44,887 nucleotides of DNA, from positions 1 to 44,887 of IMG/VR virus record IMGVR_UViG_3300049136_000121, one strand, 5' to 3'. Both the position numbers and the translations under genes were made by a program. Each line of letters begins with the position of its first letter. Position 1 is the stretch's first letter. The notes under the pieces were generated by a model. It was not told the DNA's origin and searched no databases. It saw only the letters and a program-made list of their open reading frames with translations. The DNA comes from a virus. Lineage: Duplodnaviria; Caudoviricetes. Positions 17,495 through 25,476 of this stretch are shown piece by piece.

Positions 17495-17860
17495 TCACTC
17501 GGCAGGCGACTGCTCCGGACGCTTCGCATCGGGTGCAGCCTTCGTGATAGCGGCGCGCGTGACCGGCTTGCCGGCCAGCTCGGCCACCGCATCGACGGCA
17601 GGAACGCCGGCAGCGGTCCAGTGGTCGTCATTCGCCGGATCGAGCAGCGCGATCGCGGAAGTGATGTCGTCGGCGCTCGCCGGCTCGGCAGGCGACTGCT
17701 CTGCTTCCGGCTCGTTGCCTCCCTTGCCAAACCACTCGGCGACCGGCTCTTCGCCCTTCGCGAGCTCGACGTCGACCGTCTCGCCTGCCTCGACCATACG
17801 GAGGCCGGTCGTGGTGTGGAGCCCGCGGGGGCCATTCGACGTGTTGGTAAACTTCGGCAT
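17495..17860 (-). CDS. Hypothetical capsid-adjacent protein
   Basis: AGGAG SD; two modules (N-terminal beta module; DDHWTAAGVP helical module). Confidence 0.75.
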   Translation of the reverse strand: MPKFTNTSNGPRGLHTTTGLRMVEAGETVDVELAKGEEPVAEWFGKGGNEPEAEQSPAEPASADDITSAIALLDPANDDHWTAAGVPAVDAVAELAGKPVTRAAITKAAPDAKRPEQSPAE

Positions 17861-17871
17861 GTCGCGCTCTC

Positions 17872-18969
17872 CTAGAAGCTATCCCGATAGACCAGCGCCT
17901 TCGGGAGCCGCACCTCGACCCCGCCCACGTTCATGATGCCGGCGACTTCATAGGTCATGCTCGACTTCTGGAACGGCGGCAGGAACTGGTGCGGTCCGGG
18001 AAGGTGGAATTTCAGCACCTGCGGGTTGTTCGCATAGGCGACCATCCGGGTAGTGCCGCCCGTGCCGGCCGTTTCGAGCGCGCGGCTCTTGAGGATCGTC
18101 AGACCCTCTCCTGCCACGTTGTTGGCGAGCAGGAACGAGAGGATCGTTGCGTTCGTCTCGCCCACCCGCTTGGTGGCGATGTAGTTGTACGCACTGGTCG
18201 GCAGGACCAGCGTGTCAGCAATCATCGTCTCGCCCGTGCCGGTCTCCACGGCGGTGAGTGCCGCGTTGATGTCGGCAAGGATCTCGTCCGGGGTCTTCTG
18301 AGTCCACAGACGCGATGTTGCGCCGGCGTTCTGCGCCACCTGCGCCGAGGGTGCCGACGGGTTGTTGGTGAACCCGGTCCAGCCCTTTTCGGCTTCGCCG
18401 CGCGGAGTCTGGCCCGTCATGGCGATGCCGTAGATGAACCGATCGGCGGCCATCTTCGCGGCGCCGGCCTTGTCGCTCGAAAGCGCTCGGCCGAGCTTGG
18501 CGGCACGCTGCAGCTCCTGCGTGTTCCACTCGTAACCGATGCCGGCCAGGTGGAATGCGTGGGTGTGCTGCGCCATCTTCGTAGAGGCATACGGCACATC
18601 GAAACCCGCGCCGGAGAGGAACTCGGCCTGGCCGACCTGGTCCATCGAATAGACCAGCGTTCCGACGTCCCACATGTCGCCCGACGAATCGACCGACATG
18701 AACCGGTTGATGTCGAACGAGGGATACCGGGTCATGTAGACCTCGGTCTCGATCCGGTAGAGTTGCGGCGTCAGGAAGGCGTAGCCGATCTGGGCGTCGC
18801 TGAAGAAGGCGTCAGCCTTGTCAGCGAAGGCCGCCGCAGTGCGGGCATTGTCCGCCGCCCAGAGGCCGATGACCTGCTTCTTGATCGCAGCGTCGGCGGC
18901 CATGAAGCCAAGCGGGTCGGTGATGCGCCCGGAAGCGCTGTCGTAGAAGTTATGGGTGATCGCGTTCAT
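17872..18969 (-). CDS. Major capsid protein (DUF2184 family)
   Basis: IETEVY, GIGYEWNTQEL, DTLVLP, GGVEVRLP motifs. Confidence 0.9.
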   Translation of the reverse strand: MNAITHNFYDSASGRITDPLGFMAADAAIKKQVIGLWAADNARTAAAFADKADAFFSDAQIGYAFLTPQLYRIETEVYMTRYPSFDINRFMSVDSSGDMWDVGTLVYSMDQVGQAEFLSGAGFDVPYASTKMAQHTHAFHLAGIGYEWNTQELQRAAKLGRALSSDKAGAAKMAADRFIYGIAMTGQTPRGEAEKGWTGFTNNPSAPSAQVAQNAGATSRLWTQKTPDEILADINAALTAVETGTGETMIADTLVLPTSAYNYIATKRVGETNATILSFLLANNVAGEGLTILKSRALETAGTGGTTRMVAYANNPQVLKFHLPGPHQFLPPFQKSSMTYEVAGIMNVGGVEVRLPKALVYRDSF

Positions 18970-18979
18970 GGTTACCCCC

Positions 18980-19447
18980 TCAGCGCTTCACGATACGGCA
19001 GATGCCGTTCGTAACGGTTTCGTCGGCCACCCAACCGGTGGCGATGTGCGTCGCATCGGCCGCGGTTGCGCCGTAGCCGTCAGCTGCGCCCGCACCGGTG
19101 CCGACGGTGATCGGAGCGCCATCCGTGACGGCGCCGGTCACTTGGATGTAGATCGCGCCGAGCGTGATGACCGGCACGTTGTCGTACCGCGCGTACTCGT
19201 CGGCATCAGCGCCCGCGATAGCCGCCTGCCCTGCGGTGGCAATGGTCCAGCCAAGGAAGGTGGCGAGGGTGCCGACCGTGGCGGTGCAGCCATGGTCACC
19301 AGCGCCCCGGTAGACCGGGACACCGAAGCCGATGCCGGCCGCGTCCTCGGCGGTGCGGGAGATGCGATTGGAGGTCTCGCCATTCGCGACCATGCCGGCG
19401 TAGCCCTTGGCGATGGTCTCGGAGTAGCCGGTCTGAAGCTCAGCCAT
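18980..19447 (-). CDS. Capsid cement/decoration protein
   Basis: GYAGMVA, IGFGVPV; lies between protease and capsid. Confidence 0.8.
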   Translation of the reverse strand: MAELQTGYSETIAKGYAGMVANGETSNRISRTAEDAAGIGFGVPVYRGAGDHGCTATVGTLATFLGWTIATAGQAAIAGADADEYARYDNVPVITLGAIYIQVTGAVTDGAPITVGTGAGAADGYGATAADATHIATGWVADETVTNGICRIVKR

Positions 19448-19459
19448 GTCTCATTCCCC

Positions 19460-20584
19460 TCAGTACTGCGCGGCGCGCGCGAGGTCGCGAACGGCGGCGC
19501 CGTCCGTGAGCCGCTGGGCCGGGTTGATGTTTACGACGGAGCTGTCGCTGGCGGCGCGGGCATCTTTCGTCAGCGACGCGAACGAAGCGGCGATCTGATC
19601 CGCATTCCAGTCCTTGGCGAGATCGCCGAGCTTGGAAGCGACAACGGCCTTCATGACGGCCGGCTCGTCCATCTCGTCGGAGACGGTGACACCGAGCGCC
19701 TTCGCTTTGTCGCAGACGGCGGCATAAGCCTTGGCGGCATCACGCAGCTGCTGCGGCGTCAGCTTGGCATCGGCGACCTGCTTCTCGAGCGTGGTCACCT
19801 TGGCGTCGAGCGTCTGCTTCTCGGTGGTGAGGGTGGCGACGTCCGCGAGGGCCTTGTCTTTGGCTTCGCTGGCGTCCTTGATCTGGCCCTGCAGCTTGTC
19901 AAAGGCGGCGCTCACAGCATCCGCGTCGGACAAGTCGACCTGCAGACCGTCGAGCACGATCTTCTTCACTGCATTTCCTTTCGCATCGGAGAGGGTTGCC
20001 TTGAGCTTCTCGAGCTCGCTGGCGGTGATGGCGTCGCAGACGGGAAGCCCATCCTTGATCGCGCAACTGGATCCGGCGCGGCCTCGATCGACCAGGGCGA
20101 CGTGGTTGCCGCGGATCGAGCGCTGCACAGCGTCGTAGGCGATCCCGTCGTGGGTGCCGGGGGTGAAATCGAGGTCCGTGGCATAGCCGTTGGACAGCTC
20201 GCGCTTGCCGTTCTCCACGGCCGCGATCGCGTCCTTATCGGTCAGCAGCAGGTCGAAGGAGATGTACTCGCCGTCCCGCGCCGCGCCCATGATGGTGCCG
20301 CGGGCATGGTCCCGCCAGTTGTCGACGTTCACACCTTCGCGGGGGTGATCGTTGGTGATCGGCTTGCCGATGAAGCTGTGGATGCTGGCCCGATCGAACA
20401 CTTCGTCGCCAGGGCGGAAGACCTTGACCGCGGCCTTGTCGCGCAGGCCATGCTCGTTGGCAGGGTCAACCTCGCTGCCGGCGTAGTCGTACAGCCCTGT
20501 GCGGGCGACGCGGGCGCGGACGGCCATGTAGCCATCCTTGGTGCGCTTCGGAGCGTCGAGAGTGAGGCGATCCGCGAGGAACAT
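19460..20584 (-). CDS. Prohead protease/scaffold (DUF2213)
   Basis: ARTG, KPITNDHP, ELSNGY, NHVALVDRGRAG; coiled-coil scaffold C-terminus. Confidence 0.9.
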   Translation of the reverse strand: MFLADRLTLDAPKRTKDGYMAVRARVARTGLYDYAGSEVDPANEHGLRDKAAVKVFRPGDEVFDRASIHSFIGKPITNDHPREGVNVDNWRDHARGTIMGAARDGEYISFDLLLTDKDAIAAVENGKRELSNGYATDLDFTPGTHDGIAYDAVQRSIRGNHVALVDRGRAGSSCAIKDGLPVCDAITASELEKLKATLSDAKGNAVKKIVLDGLQVDLSDADAVSAAFDKLQGQIKDASEAKDKALADVATLTTEKQTLDAKVTTLEKQVADAKLTPQQLRDAAKAYAAVCDKAKALGVTVSDEMDEPAVMKAVVASKLGDLAKDWNADQIAASFASLTKDARAASDSSVVNINPAQRLTDGAAVRDLARAAQY

Positions 20585-20616
20585 GCCCGCAGGGATATGG
20601 CCCCGCGGCCCTCTTC

Positions 20617-20629
20617 GTTACCGCCGTCA
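20617..20629 (-). promoter_or_regulatory. Late-promoter motif (-10-like CATATC at 20594-20599)
   Basis: Perfect copy upstream of DUF2213, 17-nt spacer. Confidence 0.75.
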
Positions 20630-20655
20630 CGAGATCGGCCTATGGGAACCGAACG

Positions 20656-20701
20656 TGTAAACTGTGGTTGACGGTGAGCTATGTGCAAACTATAGCAGAC
20701 A
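20656..20701 (+). promoter_or_regulatory. TA promoter TTGACG-N17-TATAGC with overlapping imperfect palindromic operators
   Basis: -35 at 20668-20673, -10 at 20691-20696; GTAAACtgtgGTTGAC and GCAAACtataGCAGAC. Confidence 0.6.
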
Positions 20702-20702
20702 C

Positions 20703-21008
20703 ATGGTCGAAGTCCGCCAAACCTCTCGCTTCACCACTTGGCTGGCGGGGCTTCGCGACCAGCGTGCCCGGGCCCGGATCCTCAAGAGGCTGGACCGGGC
20801 GAAGGACGGCAATTTCGGCGACGTCGCCCCAGTGGGCGAGGGTGTCTCCGAGATGCGGATTTTTTACGGCCCCGGCTACCGGGTGTATTTCGTGCAGCAG
20901 GGCGACACAGTGATCGTGCTTCTATGTGGCGGCGACAAGTCCACGCAGGACGACGATATCACGACGGCCAAGCAATTGGCGAAGGAGACTGACAATGGCG
21001 AAGATTGA
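20703..21008 (+). CDS. Type II toxin, RelE/ParE superfamily (addiction module killer, HigB-like)
   Basis: GNFGDVAPVGEGVSEMRIFYGPGYRVYF, LLCGGDKSTQ. Confidence 0.92.
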   Translation: MVEVRQTSRFTTWLAGLRDQRARARILKRLDRAKDGNFGDVAPVGEGVSEMRIFYGPGYRVYFVQQGDTVIVLLCGGDKSTQDDDITTAKQLAKETDNGED

Positions 21009-21303
21009 AACCACGGCTTTCGACTCTGCCGACTACCTCAACACCGCCGAGGATGTTGCGGCATATCTCGACGCCTATCTCGAGGATGGCTCTCCCGAGG
21101 AGATCCGCGCGGCGCTCGATACCGTCGCTCGTTCGCGCGGCATCAGCGAGCTGTCCAAGCTCACCGGCATGTCGCGGGCCGGTCTGTACAAAGCGCTCGG
21201 TGAAGGCGGCAATCCGTCATTCGAGACAATGCGCACGATCCTCGGAGCACTGGGTCTTCGATTCACAGTTGAGGCGGTGGAGCCTGAGCTCGCCGACGCG
21301 TAA
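20995..21303 (+). CDS. Antitoxin (addiction module antidote, HTH)
   Basis: FDSADYL, ARSRGISELS..GMSRAGLYKAL, GNPSFET. Confidence 0.92.
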   Translation: MAKIETTAFDSADYLNTAEDVAAYLDAYLEDGSPEEIRAALDTVARSRGISELSKLTGMSRAGLYKALGEGGNPSFETMRTILGALGLRFTVEAVEPELADA

Positions 21304-21324
21304 CGACCTGGGGGATGATGACCG

Positions 21325-21519
21325 ATGCGTTTTGAGATTTACCGCGGCGGCAGCAACACGCTGTTCTCGGGAATATCGGGCGAATGGCGGTGGCGGCTGA
21401 GGGCGACGAACGGAGAGATCATCGCGCACGGGGAATCCTACCAAAACCGCGGGGATTGCTTGCACGCCATCGAACTGGTGAAGAAGCTCAGCTTGTACAC
21501 ACCCGTGCAGCAGGCCTGA
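21325..21519 (+). CDS. YegP/DUF1508 family protein
   Basis: FEIY, GEWRWRLRATNGEIIA.GESY...DCLHAIELVK. Confidence 0.85.
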   Translation: MRFEIYRGGSNTLFSGISGEWRWRLRATNGEIIAHGESYQNRGDCLHAIELVKKLSLYTPVQQA

Positions 21520-21564
21520 GCGCGGTTCAGGCCCCCTCAACCGCGAACCGCACGCCGGGCGCCG

Positions 21565-22410
21565 TCACTCCAAGATCAGCACAGCCCGGCTCGTGCAGCC
21601 ACAGAAGGGGAGCTGTCCGGGCCGGTCCTGCGGCGGCTTCCGGATGCGCTTTCCCTCCGCTTGCTCACCGACCTGCTCCGAATCATCGCTGTAGAGCAGG
21701 CCGTTGCGTACCTGGTGCTCTGGCCGAGGGTGCGCCTTCTCCGAATGAACCCACTCCCAAGCCGAGATGCCGGCCTGCCGGCGCCGCTCTTCGTTGAGCG
21801 AGGCGGTGAGCTTCACGGTCTGGTCGGCAGCGATGTTCTTGGCCCTGCGGCGGGCCATAGCCGCCGCCTCGCGGATCTGCCGGCCCACGTCGGGCACCGG
21901 GAGTTGCTCGCGCAAGCCTCGGAACACGGCGTCGGCGATCTTCTCGCGCGTCTGATCGGACACGGAGCGAACCAGCGCGACGTTTCGCTCCAGCACCGTC
22001 TCAATCGTCATCCGCGCATCGGCGGGTCCGATCATCGTCTGCAGGTCGACCTTGGTCGCACTCAGCACGGTCGCGCGCCAGCGGCGGCGTTGCCAGGCTT
22101 CCACCACCCGCGCCCATCGTTCGATCCGGGGGCGTACGGCGAGCACGAGGGCGGCGTTCACGGCGTCGACCTGCCCGATCTCCGCTTGCAGGTCGGCAGG
22201 GCTGTCCGTGACGATCTCAGCAAGGCTGCGCGCGTAGGTTGCGACGATGCCGGGGAGGGCGGCCTCCCACGTGTCTACGATCGGCTTGTAGGCGGAAAGG
22301 TACAGGTCGCTCGCGAACGTGGCCGGGGCGACGATCGGGCGGAGGCTCGCGGCCTTGCGGCGCGGGTTCGCGGTGCGGCGCCAGAGCTGGGCAAGGGAGA
22401 AGGTGGCCAT
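21565..22410 (-). CDS. Head morphogenesis / minor head protein (SPP1 gp7, Mu F-like)
   Basis: IAADQTVKL, WEWVHS..HPRPEH, PGQLPFCGC; start at 22410. Confidence 0.85.
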   Translation of the reverse strand: MATFSLAQLWRRTANPRRKAASLRPIVAPATFASDLYLSAYKPIVDTWEAALPGIVATYARSLAEIVTDSPADLQAEIGQVDAVNAALVLAVRPRIERWARVVEAWQRRRWRATVLSATKVDLQTMIGPADARMTIETVLERNVALVRSVSDQTREKIADAVFRGLREQLPVPDVGRQIREAAAMARRRAKNIAADQTVKLTASLNEERRRQAGISAWEWVHSEKAHPRPEHQVRNGLLYSDDSEQVGEQAEGKRIRKPPQDRPGQLPFCGCTSRAVLILE

Positions 22411-24320
22411 CAGGCCTCCTCGATCTTCTCTTTCCAGTTCTCGACCACCTCGGCGAACAGCTCGGGCCCCAGCACGATCGGCCCGGTGTACGGTTCGATC
22501 TGCGCCACATCGGCGCCGGGCGCGTTCCACGAGAGGGTGATGTGCGGCCGATATTCCGGCCAATCCCATGATGCGCCCGCCTCGCGGATGCGGCGGTGGC
22601 GCCAGCCCAGTTCGTCGTTCTGGAACAGCAGCGCGACGGCATCGCCATCGCCGAGCCGCTCCACGGTGCGCGGCCCGCCGGGCTTCACGCGCAGCACGCC
22701 GTTCTCGTCGCCGCTCCAGTCGGAGCCGACCTCAAACCAGTCGACCGGGGCGCGGCTGAAGGCGATCGTGACGTGCATGTCGTCGACGGCGAGGGTGGTT
22801 TCGAGGCCCTGTCCCTTAGCCCATCGGGTAATCTCGGCCGCGTTGATTACCTTGCGGCTGACGTAGAGCGTCTTGGGCGCGGCATCGGCGAGGAACCGGG
22901 CGTCGTTGGCGGCACGGCGGGCGGGCTCCCCAGTCCCGCCGCCACCGGCAGATAGCGGATCACCTCCTTTCAGATCATCGTCATCACCATCGAGATCGGC
23001 CTCGATGCCGTACCGCTCGTCGTCGGACATTTCGCCCAGTGCCGCTTCGAGCTCCGGCAGATAGCCTTCCTCGACCAGCCAGGACTGCACGCCGCGGGCG
23101 AGGGCGCGATCCGGCACAGCGGCGAGCATCGCCACCTTCTCGATCGCTTCGGCGCCGAGCTTGAAGGTCTCGGCACGCTCCTTCTCGCCCGGGGTGTCGA
23201 GAGGAGCGAAGTCGTAGGCGGCATCCTTCGCTGCGCTGCCGATCGCGCTCGGCACGAGGTATCGGTCGAGGCGGTCCAGACAGGGCGCGAGGTCCAGCGT
23301 TTGCAGTGCCCGAACCTTCTTGTTCCAGTCCTTCTGCTGGCTCTCGCCGCTCGAGTTCATGCCCTCAGGGGCTCGGCCGAGCAGGCGCGTGGCAGGGATA
23401 TCGCTGATCGCCGCGACGAACTCGCCATAGGCGTTGAGAATGTCCTTGGCCCCGGCGAAGCTGTACGTGACGTCGTCGATCTTCTCGCCGCCGTTCCCCT
23501 CTTCGTCGCCGGCGTCATAGATCGTGGCGTTGTGGATGCTCTCGGCCGTGGCGAGGATGGCGAGGCGCTTCATCACCTGGCCTTCGCCCTCGGGGCTGGC
23601 GGAGAGGCTCAGCAAGCCCGGGATCCCGATGCGCAGCAGCCGCGCCTTGTGCGCCAGCGCAGCGAACGCAGCCCGTGCGGCGTCGTTGTCCTGCACGGCG
23701 TCGAGCACCTGGGCGACCGTGCTCTCGCCCCAGAAGAAGTCGTCGGAGGAACCGATCGTGGCGACCAGCTCAGCGCTGTTGTCGCAGCGGAACGGAATCA
23801 CGCGCGATGGGTGGATCGGATCGTCCCCGGTGCCCGTAGTGAGCCGCCACATCAGCGGCTCGCCGTACCCCGGCTCGCGCGCATCATCCTGCAGCGCATC
23901 GAACCTGAGGTGCCAGCGGGAGACCACGTGAACGAACTTCAGGCCGCCTGCGGCTACAGTCTCTGGCGCGGGCTGATCTGGATACCCCGGCAGGCCGAGG
24001 ATCAGGGCCCCGCCGCCCAGACCGCGGAGGGTCTCGGCCTGGCGGACCTTCTGCCGCAGAGCGAGGCGCTTCTCCTCGTCGTACAGCTTAGCGGCCTGAT
24101 CGTCGTCCAGCCCGGTCCAGTCGCGCCACTCGCGCACCATGTCGAGCGCGGGGATCTTGATGATCTTCCGGAGCAAGCCGGAGCCCTTGTAGGCCGCGAC
24201 GATGTCGTGCTGCGACAGGACTGTGGCCGTATAGCTGTTGCCGCTACGCACGTCGCGGCGAGTGCCGGTGCCGGTGAGCGCGTTCTGCAAGCGGTCGAAG
24301 AGGTTCAGGACTGCGCCCAT
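22410..24320 (-). CDS. Portal protein (DUF1073) fused to a C-terminal 2H phosphoesterase (Acb1-like)
   Basis: IHPSRVI, DIPATRLLGRAPEGMNSSGES portal motifs; C-domain with HVT and HIT motifs. Confidence 0.9.
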   Translation of the reverse strand: MGAVLNLFDRLQNALTGTGTRRDVRSGNSYTATVLSQHDIVAAYKGSGLLRKIIKIPALDMVREWRDWTGLDDDQAAKLYDEEKRLALRQKVRQAETLRGLGGGALILGLPGYPDQPAPETVAAGGLKFVHVVSRWHLRFDALQDDAREPGYGEPLMWRLTTGTGDDPIHPSRVIPFRCDNSAELVATIGSSDDFFWGESTVAQVLDAVQDNDAARAAFAALAHKARLLRIGIPGLLSLSASPEGEGQVMKRLAILATAESIHNATIYDAGDEEGNGGEKIDDVTYSFAGAKDILNAYGEFVAAISDIPATRLLGRAPEGMNSSGESQQKDWNKKVRALQTLDLAPCLDRLDRYLVPSAIGSAAKDAAYDFAPLDTPGEKERAETFKLGAEAIEKVAMLAAVPDRALARGVQSWLVEEGYLPELEAALGEMSDDERYGIEADLDGDDDDLKGGDPLSAGGGGTGEPARRAANDARFLADAAPKTLYVSRKVINAAEITRWAKGQGLETTLAVDDMHVTIAFSRAPVDWFEVGSDWSGDENGVLRVKPGGPRTVERLGDGDAVALLFQNDELGWRHRRIREAGASWDWPEYRPHITLSWNAPGADVAQIEPYTGPIVLGPELFAEVVENWKEKIEEA

Positions 24321-24351
24321 GAGGGAGGGCTATGCCTACCGTCGAGGAAGC

Positions 24352-24364
24352 GTTACCGCCGTCA
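24352..24364 (-). promoter_or_regulatory. Late-promoter motif (-10-like CATAGC at 24329-24334)
   Basis: Perfect copy upstream of the portal, 17-nt spacer. Confidence 0.75.
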
Positions 24365-24417
24365 CGCTAGCAAGCTCGGCTGAAATATGCATGATGCCCG
24401 CAACGGGAGGGCTGCAT

Positions 24418-25476
24418 ATGATTGAACTGGAAGCGAGCATCGCCGATTTGGCCGCAAAACTGCGCCAGCATCGCGAAATCCTATCGACCGAAGAGGCAGC
24501 CAAGACCACGCTGGTCCTGCCGTTTCTTCGCGCGCTCGGGTACGACATCTTCGACCCGGCCGAGGTGAAGGCCGAATACACGTGCGACGTCGGCACGAAG
24601 AAGGGCGAGAAGGTTGACTACGCCCTCTGCGTCGGCGGCGAGATCACGGTGCTCGTCGAGTGCAAGCCGGTGACCAGCGAGCTCTCGGTCAAACATGCCA
24701 GCCAGCTGTTCCGCTATTTCGCCGCCACGACAGCCAGGATCGCGTTGCTCACCAATGGTGTCGTGTACAAGTTCTTCACCGACTCCGATCGCACGAACAT
24801 GATGGACGACAAACCGTTCTTCACGTTCAACCTTGAGAACTATCGCAAGGGCGACCTCAAGCACCTGGCCGGCTTCCAGCGGCAAGACTTTGACCTCGAC
24901 CGGATTGTTGCGCAGGCCGGATCCCTAAAGCTTCAAAGCCAGGTGACCGAGGAGCTCCGGAAAGAGTTCGCCGAGCCTTCGGACGATTTCGTGCGAATGA
25001 TAGCTACGCGGCTGCACGATGGGCGGCTGACAGAAGCTGTGCGCGATAAGTTCAAGGCGACCATCGCAGGGGCCATTGCGGGGCTCATCCGGGACGGGGT
25101 GAACGAACGTCTGCAGAACGCCATGAGTCACGGTGAAGAGCCAGAGGCTGTCGACGACGCAGTCGAGAACGGTGCCGTTGAAACGACGGAGGCGGAGATC
25201 GATGGCTTTAATATCGTCCGGGCCATCTGTTCGAAGCTCGTTGACCCGAGCCGCGTCGTCATGCGCGATGCAAAGTCGTACTGCGCAATTCTCCTGGACG
25301 ACAATAATCGGAAAACCTTGGCGAGGCTTCACTTCAACAGTCCCACGTCCCGCCACCTCGGAGTGTTCAGCGGCAAGGATGAGGGGCGCCAAGCTGTGTC
25401 TGGACCAATCGACATCTATCAGCACGCAGACGCCATTCTGGCTAGGGTGCAGGAGTTGGAGGGGGAGAAAGGCTAA
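24418..25476 (+). CDS. Standalone HsdR-N-like (PD-(D/E)xK) restriction endonuclease-type protein (moron)
   Basis: TEEAAKTTLVLPFL..LGYDIFDP, KKGEKVDYA, VECK, QLFRYF, LTNG; GGGAGG SD before ATG 24418. Confidence 0.85.
   Translation: MIELEASIADLAAKLRQHREILSTEEAAKTTLVLPFLRALGYDIFDPAEVKAEYTCDVGTKKGEKVDYALCVGGEITVLVECKPVTSELSVKHASQLFRYFAATTARIALLTNGVVYKFFTDSDRTNMMDDKPFFTFNLENYRKGDLKHLAGFQRQDFDLDRIVAQAGSLKLQSQVTEELRKEFAEPSDDFVRMIATRLHDGRLTEAVRDKFKATIAGAIAGLIRDGVNERLQNAMSHGEEPEAVDDAVENGAVETTEAEIDGFNIVRAICSKLVDPSRVVMRDAKSYCAILLDDNNRKTLARLHFNSPTSRHLGVFSGKDEGRQAVSGPIDIYQHADAILARVQELEGEKG

Noticed and set aside
18956-20671. Long + strand ORF (571 aa) and similar antisense ORFs (3792..4880, 21661..22866, 23301..24383, 40724..41752)
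   Set aside because: Shadow frames of well-supported genes in high-GC DNA; no recognisable motifs
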